From: a virus
Taxonomy: Duplodnaviria; Caudoviricetes
Virus record (IMG/VR): IMGVR_UViG_3300048892_000092
Coordinates: 1-47,156 of that record
Reading direction: 5' to 3' (one strand)
DNA: 47,156 nt
Positions within the stretch are counted from its first letter, which is position 1. Each line of letters opens with the position of its first letter. Shown here piece by piece: positions 1 to 9,311 of this stretch. A program made the position numbers and the translations under genes. A model generated the notes under the pieces. That model had not been told where the DNA came from. It saw only the letters and a program-made list of their open reading frames with translations, and made no database searches.

Positions 1-166
1 TAGGCATGGCCGACGAGCGCGTAGGCCTTACCACCACCGGAGGTGGTGCGGGTCATTCTGAGCAGGCCTTGTTCGTGCAGCTCGATGAAGGCCTTCCGCA
101 CCATCTCCTTGCCGATCGCCATCTTCACGTCCTTCATCGCTTTGAACACGGCGGTGTAGCCGAAGT
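1..166. repeat. Terminal direct repeat, left copy (circular overlap)
   Basis: 1-166 matches 46991-47156 with one mismatch (A127 vs G47117). An ORF reads through the junction. Confidence 0.95.
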
Positions 167-446
167 CCTCGCCAAGCTCGCCGTTCAGGTTCTCGATGAA
201 CGTGAGCACCTCGGCGGTGCGGCTGGCGCTGGTTCTCCGCTCCCGCTTCTTGTACGTGCGCTTCTCGACCGAGCCCGGGTCGAGCCGCTTGAGCACGAAC
301 TCGACGTCGCGCTTCGTCTCGCGCAGCGCCTCCAGCTCGCTGCTCACCGCCTCGATCTGCCGCTCGATCTCCTTCAGCTGCGCCTTCAAGGGTTCGCTGA
401 GCTGCTGCAGCTGCGCGCGAACGCCTGACTGTTCTACTGCATCCAT
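1..446 (-). CDS. Coiled-coil plus probable winged-helix protein (148 aa) spanning the circular junction
   Basis: Not in the ORF track. ATG at 446 after AAGGAGCAGGAA; MDAVEQSGVRAQLQQLSEPLKAQLKEIERQIE...MVRKAFIELHEQGLLRMTRTTSGGGKAYALVGHA. Its TAA is completed at 46990-46992 on circularisation. Confidence 0.8.
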   Translation of the reverse strand, partial: MDAVEQSGVRAQLQQLSEPLKAQLKEIERQIEAVSSELEALRETKRDVEFVLKRLDPGSVEKRTYKKRERRTSASRTAEVLTFIENLNGELGEDFGYTAVFKAMKDVKMAIGKEMVRKAFIELHEQGLLRMTRTTSGGGKAYALVGHA

Positions 447-598
447 TTCCTGCTCCTTCCGCTCGAAAAGAGTTGACCGTGCGGAAGTGTAACTCCGGCT
501 ACACTCGGAAGCTCCTGGCCGGTGTCTCTTCGGAGATCCTCCGCGTTGGGTTGACCGGCAGGAGGCCCCTCGGGGCCTTCTGTCTTTAAGGGGGTCGT

Positions 599-1207
599 GT
601 GACGTACACGCCGACGAACTGGGTCGACGGCAGTACGCCGTTGAACCGGGCGAACATGATGAAGATCGAGAACGAGCTGGCGCTGCTCGACGGCCCGGCC
701 GGTTCGAGCTTCCCGATCCCGCTCTCGACGACCCTGCCCGCCAGTCCCGTCGACGGGCAGGAGGTGATCCTCACCAACTCGCTCACCGCCCCCGCCTACC
801 ACTGGCACATGCGCTACGTGGCGGCATCGACGTATCCCAACAAGTGGATCTACGTCGGCGGCACCCGTTTCGAGAACTACGACAGTTCAAGCGTGGGGAT
901 GGTGGGTAACTGGGCCTCTTACCTTCCTGGGATCGCCCTCCCGTTCTCCGGCGTCTACAACTTCTACGCTCAGGCGCTGGTTCAGCGCACGGCTGGCGCG
1001 GCCCTGGTTGGGTTGTCGGGTTGGCACGACGGGACGTATGACGGTGACTGGCAGCAGATCGCCGACGGGCCAATCGGCTATGTAGGCCTTAGTTGTCAAG
1101 GTGTCGCCAAGAACCTGACCGCGCAGACGCTGACGCTGGGCATGTACACGTCCGCTGCGGCTAACGCGATCGTCCGCTACATCGCGGCCACCCCCGTTCG
1201 ACTGTAG
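599..1207 (+). CDS. Putative receptor-binding/fibre protein, paralog of 12133-12744
   Basis: N-terminal YTPTNWVDGSTPLNRANMMKIE and LPASPVDGQE are shared with the 12.1-kb gene; beta-rich C-terminus. Confidence 0.6.
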   Translation: MTYTPTNWVDGSTPLNRANMMKIENELALLDGPAGSSFPIPLSTTLPASPVDGQEVILTNSLTAPAYHWHMRYVAASTYPNKWIYVGGTRFENYDSSSVGMVGNWASYLPGIALPFSGVYNFYAQALVQRTAGAALVGLSGWHDGTYDGDWQQIADGPIGYVGLSCQGVAKNLTAQTLTLGMYTSAAANAIVRYIAATPVRL

Positions 1208-1215
1208 GAGGCCAG

Positions 1216-1347
1216 ATGCCCGCCAGATCACGCCGCCAGCAGAAGTGGGCCTACGCGACCAAGGGCGAGGCGTGGGCGAAGAAGCACCACTTCGACAAGG
1301 TTGCGCCCGCGCCCAAGAAGAAGACGACCCGCAAGAAGAAGGGATAG
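1216..1347 (+). CDS. Small basic protein (43 aa)
   Basis: AGGAGG then ATG; MPARSRRQQKWAYATKGEAWAKKHHFDKVAPAPKKKTTRKKKG. Confidence 0.65.
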   Translation: MPARSRRQQKWAYATKGEAWAKKHHFDKVAPAPKKKTTRKKKG

Positions 1348-1349
1348 CG

Positions 1350-1511
1350 ATGCCACTGGAGATTCCGAAGAGCGGCCCGCTGAAGGGGCAGAAGGTGTAC
1401 GTCGACTACGCCCTGAAGCAGCCGATGATGACGTTCCACCAGAAGCTGAAGCCGCTCAGCCACGACGCGACTGCGGAGAGCTGGGCGAAGCCACTGCAGA
1501 AGAAGAGGTAG
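1350..1511 (+). CDS. Small basic hypothetical protein (53 aa)
   Basis: MPLEIPKSGPLKGQKVYVDY...; tight packing and GC3-rich codons. Confidence 0.6.
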   Translation: MPLEIPKSGPLKGQKVYVDYALKQPMMTFHQKLKPLSHDATAESWAKPLQKKR

Positions 1512-1514
1512 GCG

Positions 1515-1604
1515 ATGGTCATCACCAAGCAGGAGATTTTCTTGTTCGTGATCGCGCTCTCGTTCGTGCTGTTCCTGCTCTTCGGCGACAACTGGGTCTC
1601 CTGA
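1515..1604 (+). CDS. Single-TM micro-protein (29 aa)
   Basis: MVITKQEIFLFVIALSFVLFLLFGDNWVS; its TGA overlaps the next ATG. Confidence 0.5.
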   Translation: MVITKQEIFLFVIALSFVLFLLFGDNWVS

Positions 1605-2071
1605 TGGCGACGAGCCTGCAGCATCCGTTCGCGATCGAGATCGAGGATGGCACCGTGATCGGCGGCGCGCAGACCGAGAGCGACGCGGTCACGCTCGCGG
1701 CCGGGGCCGTGAGTGTGGTCAGGGGCACGCTGGTCGTCAGGGACACCGGCTCCGGCAACGTCACCGCCCAGATCGGCCGCAATGAGGCGGCGCAGGCGGC
1801 GCCGACGGTCGGGCCGACGCTGACGTCGATCAACCCGGCCTCGACCCCGATCGGCTTGCCGCCGCAGGTTCTGAGCTGTACCGGCAGCGGCTTCGTCGAG
1901 GGCGCCGAGATCCTCTGGGGCGACGTCGCCCAGGTCACGACCTTCAGCGACCCGACAAGCGTCGCTTGTCGCCTCGACAACCCGACGGGGCTGCCGGGCG
2001 ACCAGGTGGCGGTGCAGGTGCAGAACCCGGACGGCAACGTCTCCGGCACCGTCTACTTCACCTGGGAGTAG
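1604..2071 (+). CDS. IPT/TIG Ig-like domain protein (possible virion decoration)
   Basis: PTLTSINPASTPIG...LSCTGSGFVEGAEILWG...VQVQNPDGNVSGTVYFT is a typical IPT/TIG pattern. Confidence 0.7.
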   Translation: MATSLQHPFAIEIEDGTVIGGAQTESDAVTLAAGAVSVVRGTLVVRDTGSGNVTAQIGRNEAAQAAPTVGPTLTSINPASTPIGLPPQVLSCTGSGFVEGAEILWGDVAQVTTFSDPTSVACRLDNPTGLPGDQVAVQVQNPDGNVSGTVYFTWE

Positions 2072-2208
2072 CTCAACTTCAGGCCCGGCCCGTCGCCGGA
2101 AACGCAGGTAAGAGCGGGGACGGGCGTGCCGCAGCGCCCAACCGCCGCCGGGCCTGAACATCCTTGGCGAGGCCCGCCCCAGCTCCGGGGTTGGTTCGCC
2201 GTAGGGCG

Positions 2209-2227
2209 TGACACAAAGATTGTGTCA
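2209..2227. promoter_or_regulatory. Operator-like palindrome TGACACAA-AGA-TTGTGTCA
   Basis: Perfect AT-rich 8-bp inverted repeat in the intergenic region upstream of the Rpf-like gene. Confidence 0.55.
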
Positions 2228-2345
2228 TTGCATCACCCGTAGTCAGCTTCTCACCCTCACGCCGAGCGAGACGGGCCTCACCTCCTAGTCCGCTGCACCG
2301 ACGCCCGTTTCTTACGGCCGTCTCTGTCAGCGACCCAGGAGGTCG

Positions 2346-2690
2346 GTGTTGCGTTTGCTCGCTCTCACCCTGCTCGTCACCGTCGTCATCGCTGTACTGA
2401 CCGTGAACGCGCGAGGGGGTGGGGGGCTGAGCGCGCGTCAGGTTGCCTTCTGGGATCGGGTTGCACAGTGCGAGGAGCACGGGGCGTGGTGGCAGCGGGG
2501 GCGCACCTTCGTCGGCGGGCTCGGCATCTGGTCGGGCAACTGGTGGGCCTGGAGCCGCCATGTGGGGGTTCGCACGGAGGCTTCGGCCACCAGTCGCCTC
2601 GATCAGATGCGTGTGGCGCAGTACGGGTGGGAGAGCGAGCGCGGCTGGTGGGGCTGCTTCGCCGTCACCGGCACGCCGATTATCGAGTAG
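2346..2690 (+). CDS. rpf: Secreted resuscitation-promoting-factor (Rpf)-like lytic transglycosylase
   Basis: Signal peptide, then WDRVAQCE...FVGGLGIWSGNW...ASATSRLDQMRVAQ...GWWGC, colinear with the Rpf consensus WDxxAxCES...YGGLQF...TW...ASREEQIAVA...GAWPxC. GGAGG upstream. Confidence 0.75.
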   Translation: MLRLLALTLLVTVVIAVLTVNARGGGGLSARQVAFWDRVAQCEEHGAWWQRGRTFVGGLGIWSGNWWAWSRHVGVRTEASATSRLDQMRVAQYGWESERGWWGCFAVTGTPIIE

Positions 2691-2700
2691 AGGAGACAAG

Positions 2701-4353
2701 GTGGCGAAGACGCTGGCGGCGCCCGACCCGAAGGTGCTGGCGGCGTTCAAGAAGGACTACGCGCGGCGCCTGAACGAGCGCGCCGCGGCGCTCCAGCACC
2801 CCGGCGGGTTGCTCGACCACGTCCAGTGCGTTGATCCGAAGACCGGCGAGCGCTTCACGTTCACGCTCACCGAGCCCGACGCGCCCTGGTACTGGCAGCG
2901 CGAGGTGCTCGACCGCTGGATCGAACACCCCTTGAGCCTGGTCTTGAAGGCCCGCCAGATCGGCATCACATGGTTGGCGGCGGGCTATGCGTTGTGGAAG
3001 CTGTTGACGATGCCCGGCACGCGGGCGCTGATCGTCTCGATCAACGAGGATGAGGCGATCAAGGTCGTCAACCGAATCTTCGACATGTTCGTCTCGCTGC
3101 CAGACCACCTGCAGTTCGAGGCGAAGGTGACGAAGCCGTCGCGGGACGCTCGCCCTTCGACACTCATCGAGCTGACGTTCCCTGACGGGCGGATCTCGTC
3201 CGTGGTCGGCCTCCCATCGACACGACGGGCCGGTCACGGCGAGACCGCAACGATTGTTCTGCTGGATGAATACGCGCGCCATGAGTACGCGCGCGAGAGC
3301 TGGAAGGCGACGTTCCCGACCGCGGACAACGGCGGCCAGATCGTCGTCATTTCCACCGCGAACGGCGTCTCGAACGAGCAATCCGGCGAGGGCAATTTCT
3401 TCCACCATTTGTGGGTGAACGCCGAGGCGTACGGAATCGAGACGCAATTCCTGCCCTGGGATTTGCACCCGCAGCGCGACGAGAACTGGTACGCGCGGAA
3501 CGCCCGCGCGCTGCCGCCATCGGATCGCGCCGAACAGTTTCCGATGAGCCCGGATGATGCGTTCATCAACACCGGGGAGTGCTGGTTCGACACCGAGATC
3601 CTCGCCTGGTACAGCGACAACCACAAACTCGACGAGGACACCCGGCTCCGTTTCATCACCGACACTTCGGGCGCGAAGGCGAAGATCCACTACGAGAGCA
3701 AGGGCCCGGTCAGGTTGTACGCGAAGCCGGACAAGACGCACTCGTACGCGATCGGCGCCGACGTCGCCACAGGGCGAGGGTTCGACTACAGCTGCGCCTA
3801 CGTGATCGACCTGACCTCGATGGCGGTCGCAGCGGAGATCCACGGCAAGCTCGACGCGGACGAGTACGCGGAGCAGCTGCACTACCTCGGGCGCTGGTAC
3901 GACACGGCGCGGATCGCGGTCGAGATGGGCGGCGGCTTCGGCGAGCCGGTGATCATCAGCCTGCGCGACGGCCGCAAAGGCAGGCCGCACTACCCGAAGC
4001 TGTACCGGCACTCGATCGCGGACAGGTCGGACATGCACCAGCTCGCGAACTACGGCTTCCCGATGAACTCGAAGACGAGGCCGCAGGTGATCAACCAGAT
4101 CGAGCAGGCGATCCGCGAGAAGACGATCCCGGCGATGCCGCGCAGCCTGATCATGGAGTGCCGCACGTTCGTGCGCCAGAAGACGCTGCCGAGCCCTCGG
4201 GCCCAGGAGGGCTCGAACGACGACCGCGTGATGGCGTTCGGCATTGCCCTGGAGATGTACCGCCAGTACGGCACGCACCCGAAGCGGGTGCGCGTGAAGC
4301 GAACCAAGGCGCAGACCCACAGATACCCGTGGGAGAAACGGAGAGTCGCATGA
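2701..4353 (+). CDS. terL: Terminase large subunit
   Basis: Walker A LKARQIGIT, Walker B VLLDE, STANG coupling motif, nuclease IGADVATG...DDRVMA. GTG start after AGAGGAG. Confidence 0.95.
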   Translation: MAKTLAAPDPKVLAAFKKDYARRLNERAAALQHPGGLLDHVQCVDPKTGERFTFTLTEPDAPWYWQREVLDRWIEHPLSLVLKARQIGITWLAAGYALWKLLTMPGTRALIVSINEDEAIKVVNRIFDMFVSLPDHLQFEAKVTKPSRDARPSTLIELTFPDGRISSVVGLPSTRRAGHGETATIVLLDEYARHEYARESWKATFPTADNGGQIVVISTANGVSNEQSGEGNFFHHLWVNAEAYGIETQFLPWDLHPQRDENWYARNARALPPSDRAEQFPMSPDDAFINTGECWFDTEILAWYSDNHKLDEDTRLRFITDTSGAKAKIHYESKGPVRLYAKPDKTHSYAIGADVATGRGFDYSCAYVIDLTSMAVAAEIHGKLDADEYAEQLHYLGRWYDTARIAVEMGGGFGEPVIISLRDGRKGRPHYPKLYRHSIADRSDMHQLANYGFPMNSKTRPQVINQIEQAIREKTIPAMPRSLIMECRTFVRQKTLPSPRAQEGSNDDRVMAFGIALEMYRQYGTHPKRVRVKRTKAQTHRYPWEKRRVA

Positions 4354-4775
4354 GCATGATGGACTTCGCCTCCGCGCTCGGAGGCGCAGGCGGCGGCGCC
4401 CCGCCGGGCGCCGACCCCGGGGGAGCCCCGCCCGATCTCGGCGCCCCGCCGCCCGACCAGGGCGCACCGCCCGACGACACCGGCCAGGGCGGCGAGCAGA
4501 CCTACAGCACCTCGCTGGAGGCGCTTCAGGTCGCGGAGGACGCGCTGCACGCCTTCATCCAGATGGATCCCGACCACGGCGACCGCGCGGTCGCGGCGCA
4601 GTGCCTGCAGAACGTGTTGAAGCTGCAGGCCGCGAACCAGGACTCGTCGAACTCCGGTGATCTCTCCAGCCTGAAGCGGGCGTTGGGGCAGGGGCCGGGC
4701 GCGAACGCGGGCCCGGTCGGGCAGGCCGCCGCGGCGGCAGGCCCGCCGCCAGGCCCGCCCGGGGGCGGCTACTAG
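4350..4775 (+). CDS. Gly/Pro-rich hypothetical protein (141 aa)
   Basis: ATG overlaps the terL stop and the ORF fills the gap to the portal. Confidence 0.7.
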   Translation: MSMMDFASALGGAGGGAPPGADPGGAPPDLGAPPPDQGAPPDDTGQGGEQTYSTSLEALQVAEDALHAFIQMDPDHGDRAVAAQCLQNVLKLQAANQDSSNSGDLSSLKRALGQGPGANAGPVGQAAAAAGPPPGPPGGGY

Positions 4776-6716
4776 GTGGCCGAGACCGACCTCTACGACG
4801 ACTCGAAGCAGGCGGACGCCGTCCAGCTGGTGGTGAAGGCGGTGCAGGACTGCGAGCGCCGCTACCACGACGCCTTCGTCGACAAGGTCGAGCGCCGCTA
4901 CAACGCCTACCGCGGCCTCGCCGAGGGCGCCTCGACGACCGCGAATGAGGAGGACTGGCACTCCGACGTCACCACCCCCTACGTGCTCCAGACCTGTGAG
5001 GGGATGCTCGCGACGATGCTGGAGCCGAACCCGCGCTTCAACGTCCAGCCGCGACCCAGACCGGACGAGCCGCTGGAGGACGTGATCAGCCGCGTCAAGG
5101 CGGTCGATGCGATCTCCGACACGCTCCGCTACGCGCTCGATCGCGACCACTTCGCCGAGCGGCAACGGGCGTTCATGCAGCAGGACATGATCGCGGGCAT
5201 CTCGGTGCTGAAGGACTACTGGCAGACTGAGCACCGCGACGTGATCCGGCTGGTGCCGGAGCAGATCCAGATCCTCGACATGTACGGGCAGGAGCTGGAC
5301 ACGCTCGAATCGCACCGCGAGGAGACGGTCGAGGACACGCTGGTGATCGACGACGCCCGCTCCGAGGTGGTCGACGTGCGCGACTTCTTCTGGCCCTCGC
5401 AGGCGCCGACGGTCGAGAAGGCCGAGTACCTGATCCACCGCACCTGGGAGACGATGCCGTCGCTGCGGCGCAAGCAGAAGCAGGGGCTGTACTCGAACGT
5501 CGAGAAGGTGAAGGAGTCGTCCAGCTCGGCGACGCAGGCGGCGATCACGGCGCGCGAGATGCGCCTCAGAAACGTCGACCGCACCCAGAGCCTGATCGAG
5601 GTGCTGGAGTACTGGACGCCGGAGCGCGTGATCACGGTCGCGAACCGCACCATCCTGCTGAAGGATCGGCCGAACCCGTTCTGGAACGGGCGGCTCCCGT
5701 TCGTCGTCTGCTCGTCGATGCCCGACGCATTTCAGATTCCCGGCTTGTCCGTGGTCGAGGCCTTGGGTCAGTTGCAGGAGATGCTCTGGACGCTGCAGAA
5801 CCAGCGGCTCGACGTCGTCCGCATGCTCGCGAACCTGATCACGCTGATCCGCTCCGACGTCGATGACCCGGAGGCGTTCGAGTGGGCCCCGAACGCGCAG
5901 TGGTTCGTCGAGGATCCCGGTCAGGTCGACACGCTGAAGATCGACCCGACGGTCGCGAACATCACGCTGCAGGCCGAGCAGCTGCTGAAGGGTGACCTGC
6001 AGAACATCATGGGCGGGTTGCCCTACAGCTCGGGCGCGGACTCGCAGACGATCGATCAGCAGACCGCGACCGGCGTTTCAATTATCACGACGATTGCGCA
6101 GCGGATCATCCAAGCCAGAAAGCAGCACTACCTGTGGAGCTATGCCACTCTCGGCAAGCATTTCTTGCTCCTCTACCAGCAGTTCCTCCGCGACGACCGT
6201 GTGATCGGGGTGCTCGGCCCGCAGGGCGCGCAGGCCTACAAGACGATCTCGCCGCTCGAAATCCAGGGCGACTTCGACGTCCTGATCGACGTCACCTCCG
6301 ACAGCCTGATGCGCCAGGAGCGCCGCGCCGAGGCGCAGAGCCTGCTCCAGATCGCCGGTCAGCTCGCCCCGGTGATGGCGCAGTCCGGCGCTCCGCTGAA
6401 CCTGAAGGCGTTCATGGAGAAGGCGTTGGACGCCTACGACGTGCTCGACAAGGAGCGTTACTTTCTGCCACCCCAAGTCGGCGCGGCAACGGCAGGCCCG
6501 CCGGGGGCAGCGCAGAACGGGGCGCCCCCCGGGGGCCAGCAGCTTCCCCAACCCCCGACGGGCGCCCCGACCAACGGCGTCACCAACACGGCGCTCGCCG
6601 CCGGGCCCGGCTCCCCCTCGAACGTCGCCTCGATGAGCCCGGAGACGGCGATGGCGCGGATGATGAGCCAGTACGGCGGCGCCGCGAACCAGGGCGGCGG
6701 TGGCACGCCCACGTAG
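4776..6716 (+). CDS. Portal protein (P22/podovirus-like)
   Basis: 646 aa after terL; NPFWNGRLPF, QTATGVSII and a Q/P/G-rich tail typical of P22-like portals. Confidence 0.9.
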   Translation: MAETDLYDDSKQADAVQLVVKAVQDCERRYHDAFVDKVERRYNAYRGLAEGASTTANEEDWHSDVTTPYVLQTCEGMLATMLEPNPRFNVQPRPRPDEPLEDVISRVKAVDAISDTLRYALDRDHFAERQRAFMQQDMIAGISVLKDYWQTEHRDVIRLVPEQIQILDMYGQELDTLESHREETVEDTLVIDDARSEVVDVRDFFWPSQAPTVEKAEYLIHRTWETMPSLRRKQKQGLYSNVEKVKESSSSATQAAITAREMRLRNVDRTQSLIEVLEYWTPERVITVANRTILLKDRPNPFWNGRLPFVVCSSMPDAFQIPGLSVVEALGQLQEMLWTLQNQRLDVVRMLANLITLIRSDVDDPEAFEWAPNAQWFVEDPGQVDTLKIDPTVANITLQAEQLLKGDLQNIMGGLPYSSGADSQTIDQQTATGVSIITTIAQRIIQARKQHYLWSYATLGKHFLLLYQQFLRDDRVIGVLGPQGAQAYKTISPLEIQGDFDVLIDVTSDSLMRQERRAEAQSLLQIAGQLAPVMAQSGAPLNLKAFMEKALDAYDVLDKERYFLPPQVGAATAGPPGAAQNGAPPGGQQLPQPPTGAPTNGVTNTALAAGPGSPSNVASMSPETAMARMMSQYGGAANQGGGGTPT

Positions 6717-6996
6717 GCTGACCGAGCAGGAGCGGCGCAACCTGACGGTGCGCCAGGGCGAGCTGTCCGCGCTGGCCCAGCACCCCTCCTGGCCGGTGTT
6801 GGAGAGCGAGGTCGAGCGGCGCCGCGAGGCGTTCGAGCGCGAGCTGGTCGCGAAAATCTTCGCCGGGCAGTCGGTCGACCTGGAGCGCCAGGCGTTCCTG
6901 CGCGGCTTCGTGAAAGGGATGCGCTACGTGCTCGCCGTCCCCAGCGGCGCCGAGGCACGGCTCGATGAGTTTCTGAGACGACAGGAGGTCGCGTGA
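6700..6996 (+). CDS. Small protein between portal and scaffold (Bbp19-like position)
   Basis: LAQHPSWPVL...FLRGFVKG; synteny. Confidence 0.7.
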   Translation: MARPRRLTEQERRNLTVRQGELSALAQHPSWPVLESEVERRREAFERELVAKIFAGQSVDLERQAFLRGFVKGMRYVLAVPSGAEARLDEFLRRQEVA

Positions 6997-8006
6997 GCGA
7001 GATCACCAGCGAGATCCTCGCTGCTTTCGACGAGATCAAGGACGAGTCCGAGGAGGAGATCGAGCCTTCCCCCGCGCATGAGGACGTGCCGGTCACGGAA
7101 CCCGAGGAGGAAGAGGAAGAGCAGGAGGAGGAGCCCGAGGAGGAAGAGGAAGAGGAGGAGGAAGACCTCGTCGGCGACGAGCAGCCGGAGGAGGAGGTCG
7201 CGGCCTTCGACGATCCGGCGATCCAGTCGTTCCTCGCCAAGTACGGCGGCGACGTCGAGAAGGCCTTGCGCGGCGCCGTCGAGCTGTCGGTCGTGCTCGG
7301 CCGCCAGGGCAGCGAGAAGAGCGCCGCGCTCGCGCGCGTGCAGGAGCTGGAGCAGGAGCTGCAGCAAATGCAGGCGCTCTCCGGGCTCGAAGAGACCTAC
7401 CTCACCGAGGAGCAGAATCAGTGGGTCGAGGAGGCGATCGCCTCGCAGAACCCGCGCGGCTACGTCCACTCGGCGATGCAGGCCGGGGAGTACGACCTGG
7501 CCCGCGCCGTCCTGCGCGAATGGTCGCGCGAGAGCCCCTACGAGGCGATGCGCGCCGGGCAGTTCGTCGACCAGGCGCAGCAGCAGGCGATGCAGCAGTA
7601 CCAGCAGCCCGTCGAGGAACCGATCGACCAGGGGCTGTTGCTGAACCTGCTCGCGCAGAACTACCCGGACATGACCGGCTACTGGGGGCAGATGGAGACG
7701 ATGCTGCACCAGCTCGGCCCCGACCACCCGACCGTGATCGACGCGCGCGGCAACGACGTCGAGCGCTCCGCGCGCGCGATCATCAACCTGTACGAGATCG
7801 CCCGCGCCTCGACCGCGAGCGTGCAGTCGGCGAAGGACGAGATCAAGCAGAAGCGGCGCCGGGCGGCGACCGACGCGCGCAACGGAGCAGTGGTATCGTC
7901 AGGAGCGGCTTCGAGAACGACTGAGACACCCCGGCGGTCGATCATGGTGACGCCGGGCCTCACGCTCGAACAGCTCGACGCCGAGTTCGAAGCAGCATCC
8001 AAGTAG
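6993..8006 (+). CDS. Capsid scaffolding protein
   Basis: Very acidic N-terminus, helical/coiled body, directly upstream of the capsid gene. Confidence 0.75.
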   Translation: MSEITSEILAAFDEIKDESEEEIEPSPAHEDVPVTEPEEEEEEQEEEPEEEEEEEEEDLVGDEQPEEEVAAFDDPAIQSFLAKYGGDVEKALRGAVELSVVLGRQGSEKSAALARVQELEQELQQMQALSGLEETYLTEEQNQWVEEAIASQNPRGYVHSAMQAGEYDLARAVLREWSRESPYEAMRAGQFVDQAQQQAMQQYQQPVEEPIDQGLLLNLLAQNYPDMTGYWGQMETMLHQLGPDHPTVIDARGNDVERSARAIINLYEIARASTASVQSAKDEIKQKRRRAATDARNGAVVSSGAASRTTETPRRSIMVTPGLTLEQLDAEFEAASK

Positions 8007-8090
8007 GCCGCGGGCCCCTCCTAGGTGAGGGACACCCCGATCGGGCCGAAGGGACAAGCAACCGTCACTTCGTACTGAGAGGGGTTACGC

Positions 8091-9302
8091 ATGGCCGGTG
8101 TGATCGTTACCGGCGACGTCTCGACCGAGGAGCAGCTCGGCCCGTCCGCTGCTACCACGGCCGAGGGCGAGAAGCAGATCGACATGAACGAGACGATCCA
8201 GAAGCTCGACAAGGATCAGTCTCAGTTCACGACGATGAGTTCTCGCACTCCCTCCCGCGTGGCGACACGCGAGAAGGTGAACTGGCTCGAAGAGGAGCTG
8301 TTCCCCCGCACCGTCACCACGTCCGCGGGCGCAACCGCGGGCGCGACCAGCATCACGCTGGTGGCCGGTCAGGGGAAGGTCGTCGCCGCACAGGACTTGC
8401 TCAGAAACATGCGCTCGGGGGAGGCGGCGCGCGTCGTGTCGGTCGCAACCGACACGCTCACGATCGCCCCCGCGATCGGCACCATCCAGCCCCCGGCGGC
8501 CGTCAACTCCGGCGACGTGTACCTCGTCGTCGGCGACGCGCAGCCGCAGGGCTCCGACTTCCCGACCGCCCGCTATCTGCAGCGGGTGCTCGGCTACAAC
8601 TTCACGCAGATCACGCGCACCAGCTGGTCGTTCACCGGCACCGACACCGCGATCGAGAAGTACGGCGGGCGGGAGCCCGGCAAGGAAGCGGTGCGCAAGG
8701 CGATCGAGCACAAGCGCAAGTGGGAGGCGATCGGCTTCTTCGGGGCGCGCAGCTTCGTCGCCGCCGCCGCCAACAACGAGCCGCAGGGCACCGCGGGCGG
8801 CGCGATCGAGTTCATCACCTCGATCAAGCGTGACGCGGCCGGGGCGCTCACCCCGACGTTCTTCGACACGTTCGTGATGGACGTGATGGCCCGAGGCAGC
8901 GACGAGCGGGTGCTGTTCGCCGCCCCGGTGGTGGTGCAGTGCATGAGCCAGTGGAACCGCTCCGGCATGGGCTCGCAGTGGGATCCCTCGCCGCGCAACG
9001 TCCACGGCGTCCACGTCGATGCGTTCATCTCGGGCGCCTACGGCTTCCGCATCCCGGTGGTCGTGAAGCGCGAGTGGGGGCAGTTCCCGGTCGCGAACAA
9101 GGGCTACGGGGGTTACGCCTTCTTGCTCGACATGAGCTACATCGAGCGCAGGCCGCTGCGTGATCGCGACACGAAGCTACTCACGGAGCAGCAGCCGAAG
9201 GGCCGCGATACCTACGCGGCCGAGTACATGACCGAGGCGACCTACCAGTTCGCCTGCCAGTCGGCGCACGGGCTTCTCTTCGGGGTCACGGCTCCACCGT
9301 AA
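8091..9302 (+). CDS. Major capsid protein (HK97 fold, DUF5309/SU10-like)
   Basis: 403 aa; VNWLEEEL, YNFTQITRTSWSFTGT, EHKRKWE motifs; terminator follows. Confidence 0.85.
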   Translation: MAGVIVTGDVSTEEQLGPSAATTAEGEKQIDMNETIQKLDKDQSQFTTMSSRTPSRVATREKVNWLEEELFPRTVTTSAGATAGATSITLVAGQGKVVAAQDLLRNMRSGEAARVVSVATDTLTIAPAIGTIQPPAAVNSGDVYLVVGDAQPQGSDFPTARYLQRVLGYNFTQITRTSWSFTGTDTAIEKYGGREPGKEAVRKAIEHKRKWEAIGFFGARSFVAAAANNEPQGTAGGAIEFITSIKRDAAGALTPTFFDTFVMDVMARGSDERVLFAAPVVVQCMSQWNRSGMGSQWDPSPRNVHGVHVDAFISGAYGFRIPVVVKREWGQFPVANKGYGGYAFLLDMSYIERRPLRDRDTKLLTEQQPKGRDTYAAEYMTEATYQFACQSAHGLLFGVTAPP

Positions 9303-9311
9303 GCCGGAGCC

